Source of the DNA: Candidatus Krumholzibacteriia bacterium
GTDB taxonomy: Bacteria; Krumholzibacteriota; Krumholzibacteriia; Krumholzibacteriales; Krumholzibacteriaceae
Direction: 5' to 3'
Assembly (NCBI GenBank): GCA_963836185.1
Contig: CAWIIQ010000001.1
Coordinates: 672,001-736,000 of the forward strand
DNA: 64,000 nucleotides
Shown here: piece after piece, positions 19,686-29,718 of the stretch
Position numbering within the stretch: position 1 is the first letter of the stretch
How the letters are laid out: each line of letters starts with the position of its first letter
Notes under the pieces: generated by a model
What the model was told of the DNA's origin: nothing
The model's input: only the letters and a program-made list of their open reading frames with translations
Databases searched by the model: none
Position numbers and translations under genes: made by a program

Positions 19686-20678
19686 CTAGGCGACTACGAT
19701 CTCATCGTTGTCGTGGATAGTCGCGGAACGTGTCATCGATGTAACGGCGAGGCCGCCGACCTGTACGGCGATGGCTTCGCCGTTTGTCTCTCTTACGTCT
19801 ATGTGGACCCTCGAGAGTTTGTCAGCCTCGGGACCCTGTTCCATCACCGCGGCCTGCGAGGTGATGATGCCGTGCCTGAGCATGTAGGCCGCGATGCTCG
19901 ATCCTCCGGCTCCTGAACCCAGGTCCTCCCACATTCCCATAGCCGGTGAGAAATGACGCGAGTAGCAGACGCAGTCATCGTTGAGCGAATCGGTGGTAAA
20001 GACATCGGTCGTCTGTACACCAAGCTTGAGATTGAGCAGCTTGAGCTTGATCAGATCGGGGCGCATCGCGGCGAGAGTATCAGAACTGTGCACAGGGATG
20101 ACAAGCTGGTATACGCCGTTAAAGACTATCTCAGCCGGAAGGCCGGTCATCGCGATCTCGCTCTCGGGGATACCGAGTGTTGAAGCTATCTCCGGTATGG
20201 TGGCATTGGCCTGATCGAACCGTTCTATCGATCGGTGGATCATTATCTTTCTCAACGCTCCCGGAGTCCCGGCAGAGTTGAGAGGTGCAGAGTCCGGTCC
20301 ATCCGAATCGTAGCAGTCATCGCCCTCTTCGAAATGAAAATCGACCGGCATGACGCCTGCATTTGTCTCGAACGTTTTTGTAGTGATGCCGTCGCACAGG
20401 GTGATCAGGCCTTCTTCGACGAGAGCGAAGCATGTAGCGATCATCGCGTGGCCGCTGAAGTCGTACTCATTGCTCGGTGTGTAGAACTTGACCCTGAAGT
20501 CGGCGTCACTGAACTGGGGCCTCGTGACGTATGTCGACTCGAGTATGTTCATCTCCGCCGCCACCCGCTGCATCTCCTCGGGGGACAGCCCTTCGGCACC
20601 GGTCGCGACAAGCGCCGGATTACCGCAGAACGGGGAGGTGGAGAAGACATCTATCTGTTTCAGGACCAGCTCTTTCAT
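19686..20678 (-). CDS. PhzF family isomerase/epimerase (paralogue 2)
   Basis: IDVFSTSPFCGNPA, KFYTPSNEYDFSGH, SRHFSPAMGMWEDLGSG, MEQG. Confidence 0.87.
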   Translation of the reverse strand: MKELVLKQIDVFSTSPFCGNPALVATGAEGLSPEEMQRVAAEMNILESTYVTRPQFSDADFRVKFYTPSNEYDFSGHAMIATCFALVEEGLITLCDGITTKTFETNAGVMPVDFHFEEGDDCYDSDGPDSAPLNSAGTPGALRKIMIHRSIERFDQANATIPEIASTLGIPESEIAMTGLPAEIVFNGVYQLVIPVHSSDTLAAMRPDLIKLKLLNLKLGVQTTDVFTTDSLNDDCVCYSRHFSPAMGMWEDLGSGAGGSSIAAYMLRHGIITSQAAVMEQGPEADKLSRVHIDVRETNGEAIAVQVGGLAVTSMTRSATIHDNDEIVVA

Positions 20679-20864
20679 CGATCATCACCCTTTACCCTTT
20701 CAGGCTTGCTTACATGCATAAACGAGACCATATATCAGCTTAATGCGGGGTTAAAGCCTTACAAATCCAACAGTTAAATGCGAATTATTCTTCTTAAAGT
20801 GAAGCGTCCGTTGAGGTATAATGCTGCTTGTTCGTTCATGGAACCGGCCGCGAAGGAGGAGAAA

Positions 20865-21572
20865 ATGGGAGTAAGCTGCGCTCGTCCTACGGGAGGTCCC
20901 GTGGGAGAGCCCCCCGATGAAACCGTTGATCAGGCAACAGTAGAGAAGAAGGAGGTGTCTCCCATGATATCGGTAGGAATGAAGGCCCCCGATTTTACCG
21001 CCCCCGCGTATCACAAGGGAGAGTTCACCAGTGTTCAACTTTCCGATTTTCTCGGTAAGTGGGTGATACTCTGTTTCTACCCGGGCGACTTCACATTCGT
21101 CTGAGCTACGGAACTGTCGGCGGTCGCCGACGCGTTCCCTAAATTCCAGGATCTCGGAGTCGAGGTGCTTTCGATGAGTGTCGACAGCATGTTCGTCCAC
21201 AAGATGTGGAACGATAATGAGCTGTCGAAGATGGTCGATGGCGGCGTTCCCTTTCCGATGCTCTCCGACGCGGGGGGCAAGGTCGGAAAGGTGTACGGCG
21301 TCTACGCCGAGGATGCCGGAGTCGAGAACAGGGGAAGGTTCCTGATCGACCCTGACGGCGTCATACAGGGGTACGAGGTACTGACACCTCCTGTCGGGCG
21401 AAATGTTTCCGAGACCTTCAGGCAGATCCAGGCCTTTCAGCTCGTGAGAGAGAGCAAGGGTACGGAAGCCACGCCTTCAGGCTGGAAACCGGGCAAGAAG
21501 ACTCTCAAGCCAGGCCCCGACCTTGTGGGCAATGTGTGGAAGGCATGGAAGACCGAAGAGGCCTTCGACTGA
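20865..21572 (+). CDS. prxU: Selenocysteine-containing peroxiredoxin (PrxU type)
   Basis: [12 protein letters not shown](21102-21104)-ATEL places UGA at the peroxidatic Cys, and the frame continues into SVDSMFVHK...TPSGWKPG; N-terminal CARPTGG; RBS AAGGAGG. Confidence 0.9.
21110..21138 (+). promoter_or_regulatory. Bacterial SECIS-like hairpin
   Basis: GGAAC-T-GTCGGC-GGTC-GCCGAC-GC-GTTCC starting 6 nt after the UGA; GU in the apical loop. Confidence 0.75.
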
Positions 21573-21576
21573 TAAT

Positions 21577-23013
21577 ATGAAAGACTATAAAGATCATCGC
21601 ATGACCCCGGAAGAGTTCAGACTCCGGGGTCATGCTGTAATAGACTGGCTCGCGGATTACCAGGAAAGGATCGAATCCCTTCCGGTACTCTCCCGCTCAA
21701 AGCCGGGAGAGCTTCGCGCCGCTCTGCCGGAAGAGCCCCCGCAAACAGGCGAGGATTTCGAGGCGGTCATGAGGGACCTCGACGAGCTTATCCTTCCCGG
21801 GATAACGCACTGGCAGTCGCCGAACTTCTTCGCCTATTTTCCAGCAAACGCATCTGGTCCATCGATACTCGGTGAGCTGCTCTCTGCCGGCCTGGGGGTA
21901 CAGGGGATGTTGTGGGCAACCAGCCCCGCATGCACCGAGCTCGAGACGCACGTGCTAGACTGGCTTGTCGGGATGCTCGGCCTACCCGCCAGGTTCAGGT
22001 CTGACGGCCACGGTGGAGGAGTGATCCAGGACACCGCTTCGAGCGCCGTTCTCTGCGCCCTGCTCGCCGCGAGGGAAAGGGCGACAGGTTTCCTCAGTGA
22101 CTCAAAGGGGTGCGACGGCACTCTCGTCGCATACGCTTCCACGCAGACACACTCGTCAGTCGAGAAAGCAGTGAGGATCGCCGGTCTCGGCAGCGATAAT
22201 CTCAGGCTGATAGAGACAGACGAAGATTTCTCGATGCGTCCCGATCTTCTGGCATCACGGATATCGGCGGACAGAAAGGCGGGACTCGTTCCCTGTTTCG
22301 TATGCGCTACGGTCGGCACGACTTCGTCGCTCGCCGTAGATCCGGTGGCGGAGATAGGGCGGATATGCAGCGATGAAAAGATCTGGCTCCATGTAGACGC
22401 GGCGATGGCCGGAACGGCGGCGCTCTGCCCCGAGCTGCGCTGGATCAACGATGGTGTCGAGCTGGCCGACAGCTACTGCTTCAATCCGCACAAATGGATG
22501 TTCACCAACTTCGACTGCGACTGCTTCTATGTCGCCGACAGGAGCGGCCCTGATCCGGACGCTGACCGTCCTGCCGGAGTACCTTCGGAATAAAGCCGAC
22601 CGAATCGGGTGCGGTCATCGACTACCGCGACTGGCATATCCCGCTGGGGAGGCGGTTCAGGGCACTGAAGCTCTGGATGGTGATAAGGCACTACGGCGTC
22701 GAGGGCTTGCAGCACCACGTCCGGGAACATGTCGCTATCACCCGGGATCTGGCCGGCTGGATCGAGCAGTCGGTGGATTTCGATCTCGCCGTGCGGCCGC
22801 CGGCTCAACCTCGTCTGCTTCAGGCACAGGGGTGGGGACGATTTCAACATGCGGCTGATGGAAGATCTCAATACAGGCGGAAAGATATACCTGACCCACA
22901 CGAAACTCGACGGAACTGTCACGCTGCGCTTCTCGATAGGGCAGACAAATACTGAGCGGCGCCATGTGGAAGAGGCGTGGCGCCTTATCGTGGAGACGGC
23001 CGGGAGGATATAA
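21577..23013 (+). CDS. Aromatic-L-amino-acid decarboxylase (PLP group II); three apparent frameshifts
   Basis: THWQSPNFFAYFP, SPACTELE, HVDAAMAG, FNPHKW; continues in other frames as LPEYLRN, DYRDWHIPLGRRFRALKLW, LRFSIG; +1 insertions near 22543, 22598 and 22803. Confidence 0.85.
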
Positions 23014-23867
23014 TGAGAGTGAGGAAGATCAGGAAGCTCATGGCTGCTGTTCCGACAAGGGAAGGAGCCGGAGTGCACCTCAAGCGGGTATTCGGATTCT
23101 ACGAGGCTCCCGGACTCGACCCTTTCCTCCTCCTCGACGATTTTCATTCGGACGATCCGGACAGGTATATGGCTGGATTCCCGTGGCACCCTCACAGGGG
23201 TATCGAAACGATCACCTATCTCCTTCAGGGAGATGTCGAACATGGCGACAGCATGGGAAACATGGGAGTGATCGGAGAGGGGGACGTCCAGTGGATGACC
23301 GCGGGAAACGGGATCGTCCACCAGGAGATGCCGAAAGGGCGCGGCGACGGGAGACTGTGGGGATTCCAGCTCTGGGCCAACCTCCCCGCATCCCACAAGA
23401 TGATGGACCCGAGATACCGGGACGTGACGAGCGATACGATCCCCGAGGTATCTCCCGTGGAGGGAGTAAGGATCAGGATAATATGCGGTGATATCGAGGG
23501 GACGAAGGGCCCCGTTCAGGATATAGTCACCGATCCGGGATATCTCGACGTCACAGTCGATCCGGGTATGACCTGGGAGCACGGGGTAGAACCTGGTTAT
23601 ACGGTTCTCGCCTATGTCATCGAGGGGAGCGGATACTTCGACGAGGAGCGGAAGCCCTTGATCGAGCCGGAGACTCTCGTCCAGTTCGATGATGGCGACA
23701 CACTGTCGATAACGACTGAAGCTGACAGAGTACGTTTTCTACTTATATCGGGAAAGCCGATAGGTGAACCTGTCGCCTGGCGCGGCCCGATTGTGATGAA
23801 CACGGAGGATGAACTCCGCGTCGCATTCGCCGAATACCGTAACGGTAAATTCCTCAAGCATGGCTGA
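23013..23867 (+). CDS. Pirin family protein
   Basis: DPFLLLD, HPHRGIETITY, WMTAGNGIVHQE, GPIVMNT; TAATG coupling. Confidence 0.93.
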   Translation: MRVRKIRKLMAAVPTREGAGVHLKRVFGFYEAPGLDPFLLLDDFHSDDPDRYMAGFPWHPHRGIETITYLLQGDVEHGDSMGNMGVIGEGDVQWMTAGNGIVHQEMPKGRGDGRLWGFQLWANLPASHKMMDPRYRDVTSDTIPEVSPVEGVRIRIICGDIEGTKGPVQDIVTDPGYLDVTVDPGMTWEHGVEPGYTVLAYVIEGSGYFDEERKPLIEPETLVQFDDGDTLSITTEADRVRFLLISGKPIGEPVAWRGPIVMNTEDELRVAFAEYRNGKFLKHG

Positions 23868-23957
23868 CAGGTTATTCCCGGTCACATTCGCGGGCCGTTC
23901 GTGCTACAATGCCGCAAATCTTCGTTCGCTCATCTCATGACTGCTGGAGGTCGTTCC

Positions 23958-24952
23958 ATGATGAAGCGTTTTTCATCTGGTTCCCTGCTGATACTCTTTT
24001 CAATACCAGGGCCGAGCGCTGGGGGTCCCCGAAGTTCCTTATCGGCGAGAGTTACGGCACGACAAGAGCGGCCGGGCTCTCGGGCTACCTGCAGGAGAGG
24101 CACGGGATGTTTCTCAGTGGGATAATGCTGATATCTTCGATCCTCAACTTCCAGACCGCCGACTTTCATGTCGGTAATGACCTTCCTTACGCTCTTTTCC
24201 TTCCCACATATACTGCAACGGCCTGGTATCACGGAATACTCGGCGACCGTTATCCCGACCTCAAGGCAGCGCTTACAGATGCCGAAGAGTACGCGCTCGG
24301 CGAGTACACTACGGTCCTGATGCTCGGTGACGCAGCGCCCGAGCAGCGATACGATGCCGCCGTAACGAGACTTGCCGGGTTTATCGGGCTTTCGGAGGAA
24401 TATATCCGGCAGTCCGATCTTCGCGTCAAGATATGGCGTTTCGTCAAGGAACTCCAGCGCGACCGGGAGCTGACCACGGGAAGGCTCGACACCCGTTTCA
24501 CGGGACGTGACAGTGATTCGGCAGGCGAGGGGTACGATTACGATCCGAGTTACCAGAATATATACGGAGCCTATACCGCCTGTCTCAACGACTACGTGAG
24601 GCGCGAGCTGGGGTTCGAGAGCGATCTCGCTTACGAGATCCTCACAGGGAAGGTCCGGCCGTGGAACTACGGCAGGTACAGGAACCGCTACGTCAATGTC
24701 GCCGAGACACTCAGGTCGGCGATGACGAAGAATCCCGCGCTCAAGGTCTACGTGGCGAGCGGATATTACGACCTCGCGACGCCGTACTTCGCGACAGACT
24801 ATACCTTCGGCCACCTCGGCCTTGCCGACGAGCTCAAGGGCAACGTCACGATCAGTTACTACGAGGCTGGTCACATGATGTATATCCACAAGGAGTCTCT
24901 CGTCCGGCTGACAGGCGAGCTCTCGAAGTTTGTCACGGGAGCGTCGAATTGA
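23958..24952 (+). pseudogene. Serine carboxypeptidase S10 with large internal deletion
   Basis: GGAGG RBS and signal-peptide start MMKRFSSGSLLILFSI, joined out of frame near 24005 to RWGSPKFLIGESYGTTR...GYYDLATP...YEAGHMMY. Confidence 0.75.
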
Positions 24953-26118
24953 AGATACGGCCGCTGTTGACAGCCGCCGCCCTGCTCATCATGGCGGTAC
25001 CTGCCCGGGCATCGTTCGGGTCATTCATATCGAGTCTCGAGAAGGCGCCGGAATCCCGGCGTGCGGCTCTCGTAGAGAAATATCTCCAGTCGGTGGAAGT
25101 GCCTGTCATCGAGGGGAGCACCGCCTGGTTCGTCTACCGCGACACGGCGGCATCGAGCGTCTCCGTCGCCGGTGACTTCAATTCGTGGAAGGCCGGCAGT
25201 GACATAATGGAAAAGGTGCCCGGCACGGACCTTTTTTATATGCGCAGGGAGTTCGAATTCAACGCCCGGTTCGACTACAAGTTCGTCGTGAACGGGTCGA
25301 GGTGGATACTCGATCCGCTCAACCCCGACCAGGTCACGGGCGGTTTCGGGCCGAACTCAGAGCTGGCCATGCCGGAATACATCCAGCCCGACGAGATCAT
25401 ATTCAATCCCGGCATCCCGCATGGAGAGGTGATCGAGGAGACGTTCACATCGAAGATCCTCGGCAACACACGGAAGATCTTTTTCTATACTCCTCCCGGC
25501 TACGGTGAAGGTGATACCTGGTATTATCCTGTCCTCTTCGTACATGATGGAGGGGAGTACATAAGCCTCGCCGGCATGGTCAACGTCGCGGACAACCTCA
25601 TCGCCTCGGGCGAGATAGAGCCCCTGGTCATAGTCTTCATCGATCCGGTCGACCGCACTGGCGAATATAAGACTGGTGAAGGCTTCATGCGGATGATAGT
25701 CGAGGAGATCGTGCCTCTCGCTGACGCACGTTTCACTATCGACCCGAGGCCAGCAGCGAGGGGGATGATGGGAGCCTCGCTCGGCGGGCTTATCTCCGTC
25801 CACATGACGTGGAATAATCCCGGTCTCTTCGGCTTCTGCGCGAGCCAGTCGGGCGCCTTCATGGCGGATTATACCAATGCGGTAAAGATGGTCGAAGCGG
25901 GCCCGCCCCGTGAGATAAGATTTTATCTCGACTGGGGCACTTATGAACCATCGATCGCCTTTTCCAATGAGGAGATGCGAGAGGCGATCCTTAGCGGCGG
26001 TCACCACCTGGAATGTAAAGTCTATCCCGAGGGGCACAGCTGGGGCAGCTGGCGCGCCCACCTTGACGATATACTGAGGGCCTTCACTGGAAGGAACAGA
26101 GATGCCGATAGAAAATGA
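24949..26118 (+). CDS. Secreted CBM48-like + Fes-type alpha/beta esterase
   Basis: TTG start, signal peptide, VAGDFNSW/YKFVVNG/DPLNP, YTPPGY, GASLGG, GHSW. Confidence 0.85.
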   Translation: MKIRPLLTAAALLIMAVPARASFGSFISSLEKAPESRRAALVEKYLQSVEVPVIEGSTAWFVYRDTAASSVSVAGDFNSWKAGSDIMEKVPGTDLFYMRREFEFNARFDYKFVVNGSRWILDPLNPDQVTGGFGPNSELAMPEYIQPDEIIFNPGIPHGEVIEETFTSKILGNTRKIFFYTPPGYGEGDTWYYPVLFVHDGGEYISLAGMVNVADNLIASGEIEPLVIVFIDPVDRTGEYKTGEGFMRMIVEEIVPLADARFTIDPRPAARGMMGASLGGLISVHMTWNNPGLFGFCASQSGAFMADYTNAVKMVEAGPPREIRFYLDWGTYEPSIAFSNEEMREAILSGGHHLECKVYPEGHSWGSWRAHLDDILRAFTGRNRDADRK

Positions 26119-27577
26119 CGGTAAAGAACGGAGCTACAATTCACGTGATGTGGACAGGAGGGACTTCCTCAAGTTTTCCGGGGCGATTGCCGCCGTGTTC
26201 GGCGGCGCCGGCCTGGGGATGTTCGGCTACGCTGCAGGGAAGGACCCGGCGACCTATACCGGTACCGAGTCGTTCCAGGGAGCCGCGCAGACATTCAACC
26301 GTGAGAAGCACGCCGTAACGGGAGAGGTCCACAACAGGGTCGGTCCCACGAGCAGAGTGGATGCGAGAACAGGTGTGATATTCGCGAGGGTCCCGAAGCT
26401 GATGAGGACATGGAACGATGAAACGGGGCTGGAGGGACTCGATCCTGTTATCAGGGACTATTATGAGGAGAACCCCCGGGACCTCGAAGAAGATCTGAGG
26501 CTGCGAAAAGAGATCTATCCCGCCAGGCGGAAGGATAACAGTGAGTACGGTGACAGGTTCATACTTGCCGAGGCCTGGTCCCACGCGATGAGCGAAGTCT
26601 GGCCTGAGGGTATCAGCGAGCCGCCGGATGTCTCCGACTTTCCAAAGGGCGAGGGATTCGGCTACCCCGACGAACCGTACAGGATGAAATCGCCCGCCAT
26701 GACATCGAAGCTCCTCAGGCAGATGTCCTACCAGTTCGGATCCGTTCTTACGGGGATCACCGAGCTCAATCCCGACTGGGTCTACAAGTATCCGATGAGG
26801 GGGCGTGGGTTCGAGGAGGACAAGCCCCTCGAGGTCCCGAAACACTGGAAGTACGCGATCGTCGTCGGCACGCCGATGTCGTGGGATCCGTTCTACGCCA
26901 ACCCGAACTATGGAGCGTCGCACGACGCCTATTCTAAATCGAGGATCGTGGCCTACCGGCTGGCCGCCTTCATCAGGCTGCTCGGCTATCCGGCACGGCC
27001 CCATACCCCTGGAATGGATTACGACCTGATGGTACCGCCCATCGCGATCGATGCCGGTCTGGGCGAGCAGGGGCGCCACGGGGTCCTCATCACGCCGGAG
27101 CTCGGTTCTAACTTCAGGCCGGCAGTCGTCACGACGAATATTCCGATGGAAACGGACAGGCCGATTCGATTCGGCGTAAAAGATTTCTGCAAGACATGCA
27201 AGATCTGCGCTGAGCAGTGTCCGAGCGGTGCGATCTCGTTTGATACCGAAGTCGAGGTCCGCGGCTACAGGCGCTGGAAGGTCGACAGATCGAAGTGCCA
27301 TAACTTCTGGTACTCGAATCTCGGAAATATCGGCTGCAGGATATGCGTGGCAGTTTGTCCCTACTCGAGAAAATCGAACTGGCTCCACAGGACCGCGCTC
27401 AAGGTTTCCTCGAACGATCCGACCGGGCTGTCTCATCAGGCGCTGACGGCGATGCAGAAGGTCCTCTTTCCCGGACACGACGCGAAGGAATATTATATGC
27501 CCTCGATGGGTGGTTACAACGCATCGTACAGGGATGCGCCCTGGTGGCTGAAAGCCGAAGATTTTATCGACCTCTAA
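26102..27577 (+). CDS. rdhA: Reductive dehalogenase catalytic subunit
   Basis: Tat motif DRRDFLK; AIDAGLGEQGRHG, ITPELG; CKTCKICAEQCP and C-x12-CRICVAVCP Fe-S motifs. Confidence 0.88.
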   Translation: MPIENDGKERSYNSRDVDRRDFLKFSGAIAAVFGGAGLGMFGYAAGKDPATYTGTESFQGAAQTFNREKHAVTGEVHNRVGPTSRVDARTGVIFARVPKLMRTWNDETGLEGLDPVIRDYYEENPRDLEEDLRLRKEIYPARRKDNSEYGDRFILAEAWSHAMSEVWPEGISEPPDVSDFPKGEGFGYPDEPYRMKSPAMTSKLLRQMSYQFGSVLTGITELNPDWVYKYPMRGRGFEEDKPLEVPKHWKYAIVVGTPMSWDPFYANPNYGASHDAYSKSRIVAYRLAAFIRLLGYPARPHTPGMDYDLMVPPIAIDAGLGEQGRHGVLITPELGSNFRPAVVTTNIPMETDRPIRFGVKDFCKTCKICAEQCPSGAISFDTEVEVRGYRRWKVDRSKCHNFWYSNLGNIGCRICVAVCPYSRKSNWLHRTALKVSSNDPTGLSHQALTAMQKVLFPGHDAKEYYMPSMGGYNASYRDAPWWLKAEDFIDL

Positions 27578-27592
27578 AGGGAGATCTGTGAT

Positions 27593-27907
27593 ATGGGATT
27601 TTTTACCAGCGGTCTTTTCTGGTTTATCGAGGGAATTCTTTTCATCGTTCTGTTAATTGCTCTGCGCTCATGGCTGAAGACAAAAGGCGCGGCGATGAAA
27701 TGGTGGAAGTGGCTTCTCCTCGTTATCTGGATATTCTTCGCCGGGTTCACCGCCGCCTTCATCGGAACGAACATCGGAGAGGGCGAGTATACTGCGGCAC
27801 TGCGCGGAGGGGGCGTCTCGGCGATCCTGGTGCTGGTATACGCGCTCGTACTTCTGCGGGTACTGGGGATCACGGGAAAGAAAAACAGGGCTCCCGGATC
27901 TTTATGA
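27593..27907 (+). CDS. rdhB: Putative reductive dehalogenase membrane anchor
   Basis: 104 aa, three hydrophobic helices, WWKW and GEGE motifs, 15 nt after rdhA. Confidence 0.75.
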   Translation: MGFFTSGLFWFIEGILFIVLLIALRSWLKTKGAAMKWWKWLLLVIWIFFAGFTAAFIGTNIGEGEYTAALRGGGVSAILVLVYALVLLRVLGITGKKNRAPGSL

Positions 27908-28543
27908 TCCTTCTATGGCGTCCAGCATCTTCTCTATCGGCTGGGCACCCGAGAGTACTGTCTTGTCGTCGATCACGATGGCCGGGACTCCCATGATATT
28001 GTGCTTGAGCAGAAGATGGGGGAAGGTAGAGCCCTCGATCATATCCGAGCTTATACGTTCGTTCTCGATAGCCAGCATGTTCGATGTCGCTACAGCGGGA
28101 GGGCAGTAGGGACAGGTCAGTCCGATGAAGACCTCGATGTGGACGTCCCTGTCGATCTTCTTTATCCGTTCGAGGATATCTCCAGGCATATCTTCTTTTT
28201 CCCCGGAGACGGCGAGGACCGCGTGGGTCAGTGAGTTGATCTCATACCCGGCCGGGATGCCGTAAAACTTCACGCCGGTATTCGTGCCGTCCTTGTCCAG
28301 GACTACGATTGCGGGGATCTTGTCGACGCCCAGCTCATCGGCCCGTGACCGTTCTTCTGCGAAATTCAGCACAGTCACCCTGGTCTTGTCTGAGATCTCG
28401 CCGAACTCCTCGATGAAGGCCCTCGTATCGGAGCAGCTCTCGCACTCGATCTCCTGTGTGAACATCACCAGTTCCACATCGTCCTGCATCTTCGAGAGTA
28501 TCTCGGCGAGCTGTTTTCTCGCTTCATCGTCGAGCATCGGCAT
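27902..28543 (-). CDS. Protein disulfide oxidoreductase (AhpF N-terminal/glutaredoxin-like)
   Basis: CESC and CPYC motifs, FYGIPAGYE, MGVP. Confidence 0.88.
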   Translation of the reverse strand: MPMLDDEARKQLAEILSKMQDDVELVMFTQEIECESCSDTRAFIEEFGEISDKTRVTVLNFAEERSRADELGVDKIPAIVVLDKDGTNTGVKFYGIPAGYEINSLTHAVLAVSGEKEDMPGDILERIKKIDRDVHIEVFIGLTCPYCPPAVATSNMLAIENERISSDMIEGSTFPHLLLKHNIMGVPAIVIDDKTVLSGAQPIEKMLDAIEGS

Positions 28544-28680
28544 TTTGTCCCCCCTGCATCAGTAGAATCTTTCCATGTGCGACTAAGTTTCCCCATCCGG
28601 CTGTGAAAATCAAGTGTTCAATCCGTTGAACAGAATACCGGGCAGGAGTATAGTATGTGAAGAGCGACAGGAGGCAGTGA

Positions 28681-29709
28681 ATGAAGGCAATGATCCTCGA
28701 GAAGATATACGACCTGGAAGAAAACGCCGAGCCGCTGCGGCTTGTCGAGCTGCAGGACCCTGTTCCCGGAAAAGGTGAGATCCTTGTCAGAGTATCGGCC
28801 TGCGGTGTATGCCATACCGAACTCGACGAGATAGAAGGGAGGACGCCTCCTCCGGTTCTGCCGATAGTCCCGGGGCACCAGGTAGTCGGCATGGTCGAGA
28901 AGAACGGTCCCGGCGCGGAGAGATTCAAGCCCGGAGACAGGATCGGCGTTGGCTGGATCCATTCGGCATGCGGCAGGTGCAATCTCTGCTCATCCGGACA
29001 GGAGAACCTCTGTGCGGATTTCCGGGCCACGGGCCGTGACGTCGATGGCGGATACGCCGAGATGATGACAGTACCCGAATCCCATGCTTTCCCTGTCCCG
29101 GAGATATTCTCGGACATAGAGGCTGCTCCGCTGCTTTGCGCGGGAGCTATAGGATACCGTTCGATGAACCTCACCGGTATCAGCGGAACACAGAGACTCG
29201 GCCTGACAGGGTTCGGCGCCTCGGGCCATCTCGTTCTCAAGATGGTCAGGCACAGGTATCCAGGTATGGATGTATACGTCTTCGCGAGGAGTCCCGGCGA
29301 AAGGGAATTCGCCATTGAGCTCGGCGCTGTATGGGCGGGAGACACGGACGACACATCTCCGGAGAAGCTCGATGCCATCATCGATACGACTCCGGTCTGG
29401 AAGCCGGTCATCGAGGCGCTGAGGAATCTCGCGCCTGGCGGCAGGCTCGTGATAAACGCGATTCGCAAGGAGGACCGCGACAAGGATCATCTCCTGAACA
29501 TCGACTACGTTGAGCATCTCTGGATGGAAAAAGAGATAAAGAGCGTAGCCAACGTGGCGGGTAGTGACATCGCGGAGTTCCTCGAACTTGCCGCTGAGAT
29601 CCCGATCAGGCCGGAGACGGAGTTCTATTCACTGGAGGATGCCAACAGGGCGCTGATCGAACTCAAGCAGCGAAAGATCCGAGGCGCTAAGGTTCTTGTG
29701 ACCGGATAA
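28681..29709 (+). CDS. Zinc-dependent alcohol dehydrogenase family protein
   Basis: CGVCHTE, PGHQVVG, CGRCNLC-x7-C, PLLCAG, GFGASG. Confidence 0.92.
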   Translation: MKAMILEKIYDLEENAEPLRLVELQDPVPGKGEILVRVSACGVCHTELDEIEGRTPPPVLPIVPGHQVVGMVEKNGPGAERFKPGDRIGVGWIHSACGRCNLCSSGQENLCADFRATGRDVDGGYAEMMTVPESHAFPVPEIFSDIEAAPLLCAGAIGYRSMNLTGISGTQRLGLTGFGASGHLVLKMVRHRYPGMDVYVFARSPGEREFAIELGAVWAGDTDDTSPEKLDAIIDTTPVWKPVIEALRNLAPGGRLVINAIRKEDRDKDHLLNIDYVEHLWMEKEIKSVANVAGSDIAEFLELAAEIPIRPETEFYSLEDANRALIELKQRKIRGAKVLVTG

Positions 29710-29718
29710 AACGGTATT

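Noticed and set aside
20778-21572. Peroxiredoxin pseudogene or two separate ORFs
   Set aside because: The stop is a TGA at the catalytic position with a SECIS-like hairpin, which is better explained as selenocysteine.
26141-27478. Long antisense ORFs (also 4708-5985, 10113-11417, 33914-35104, 45066-46268)
   Set aside because: Shadow frames of GC-rich genes, with no motifs or RBS.
26102-27577. Epoxyqueuosine reductase QueG
   Set aside because: The Tat signal, the length and the adjacent 3-TM anchor fit RdhA.
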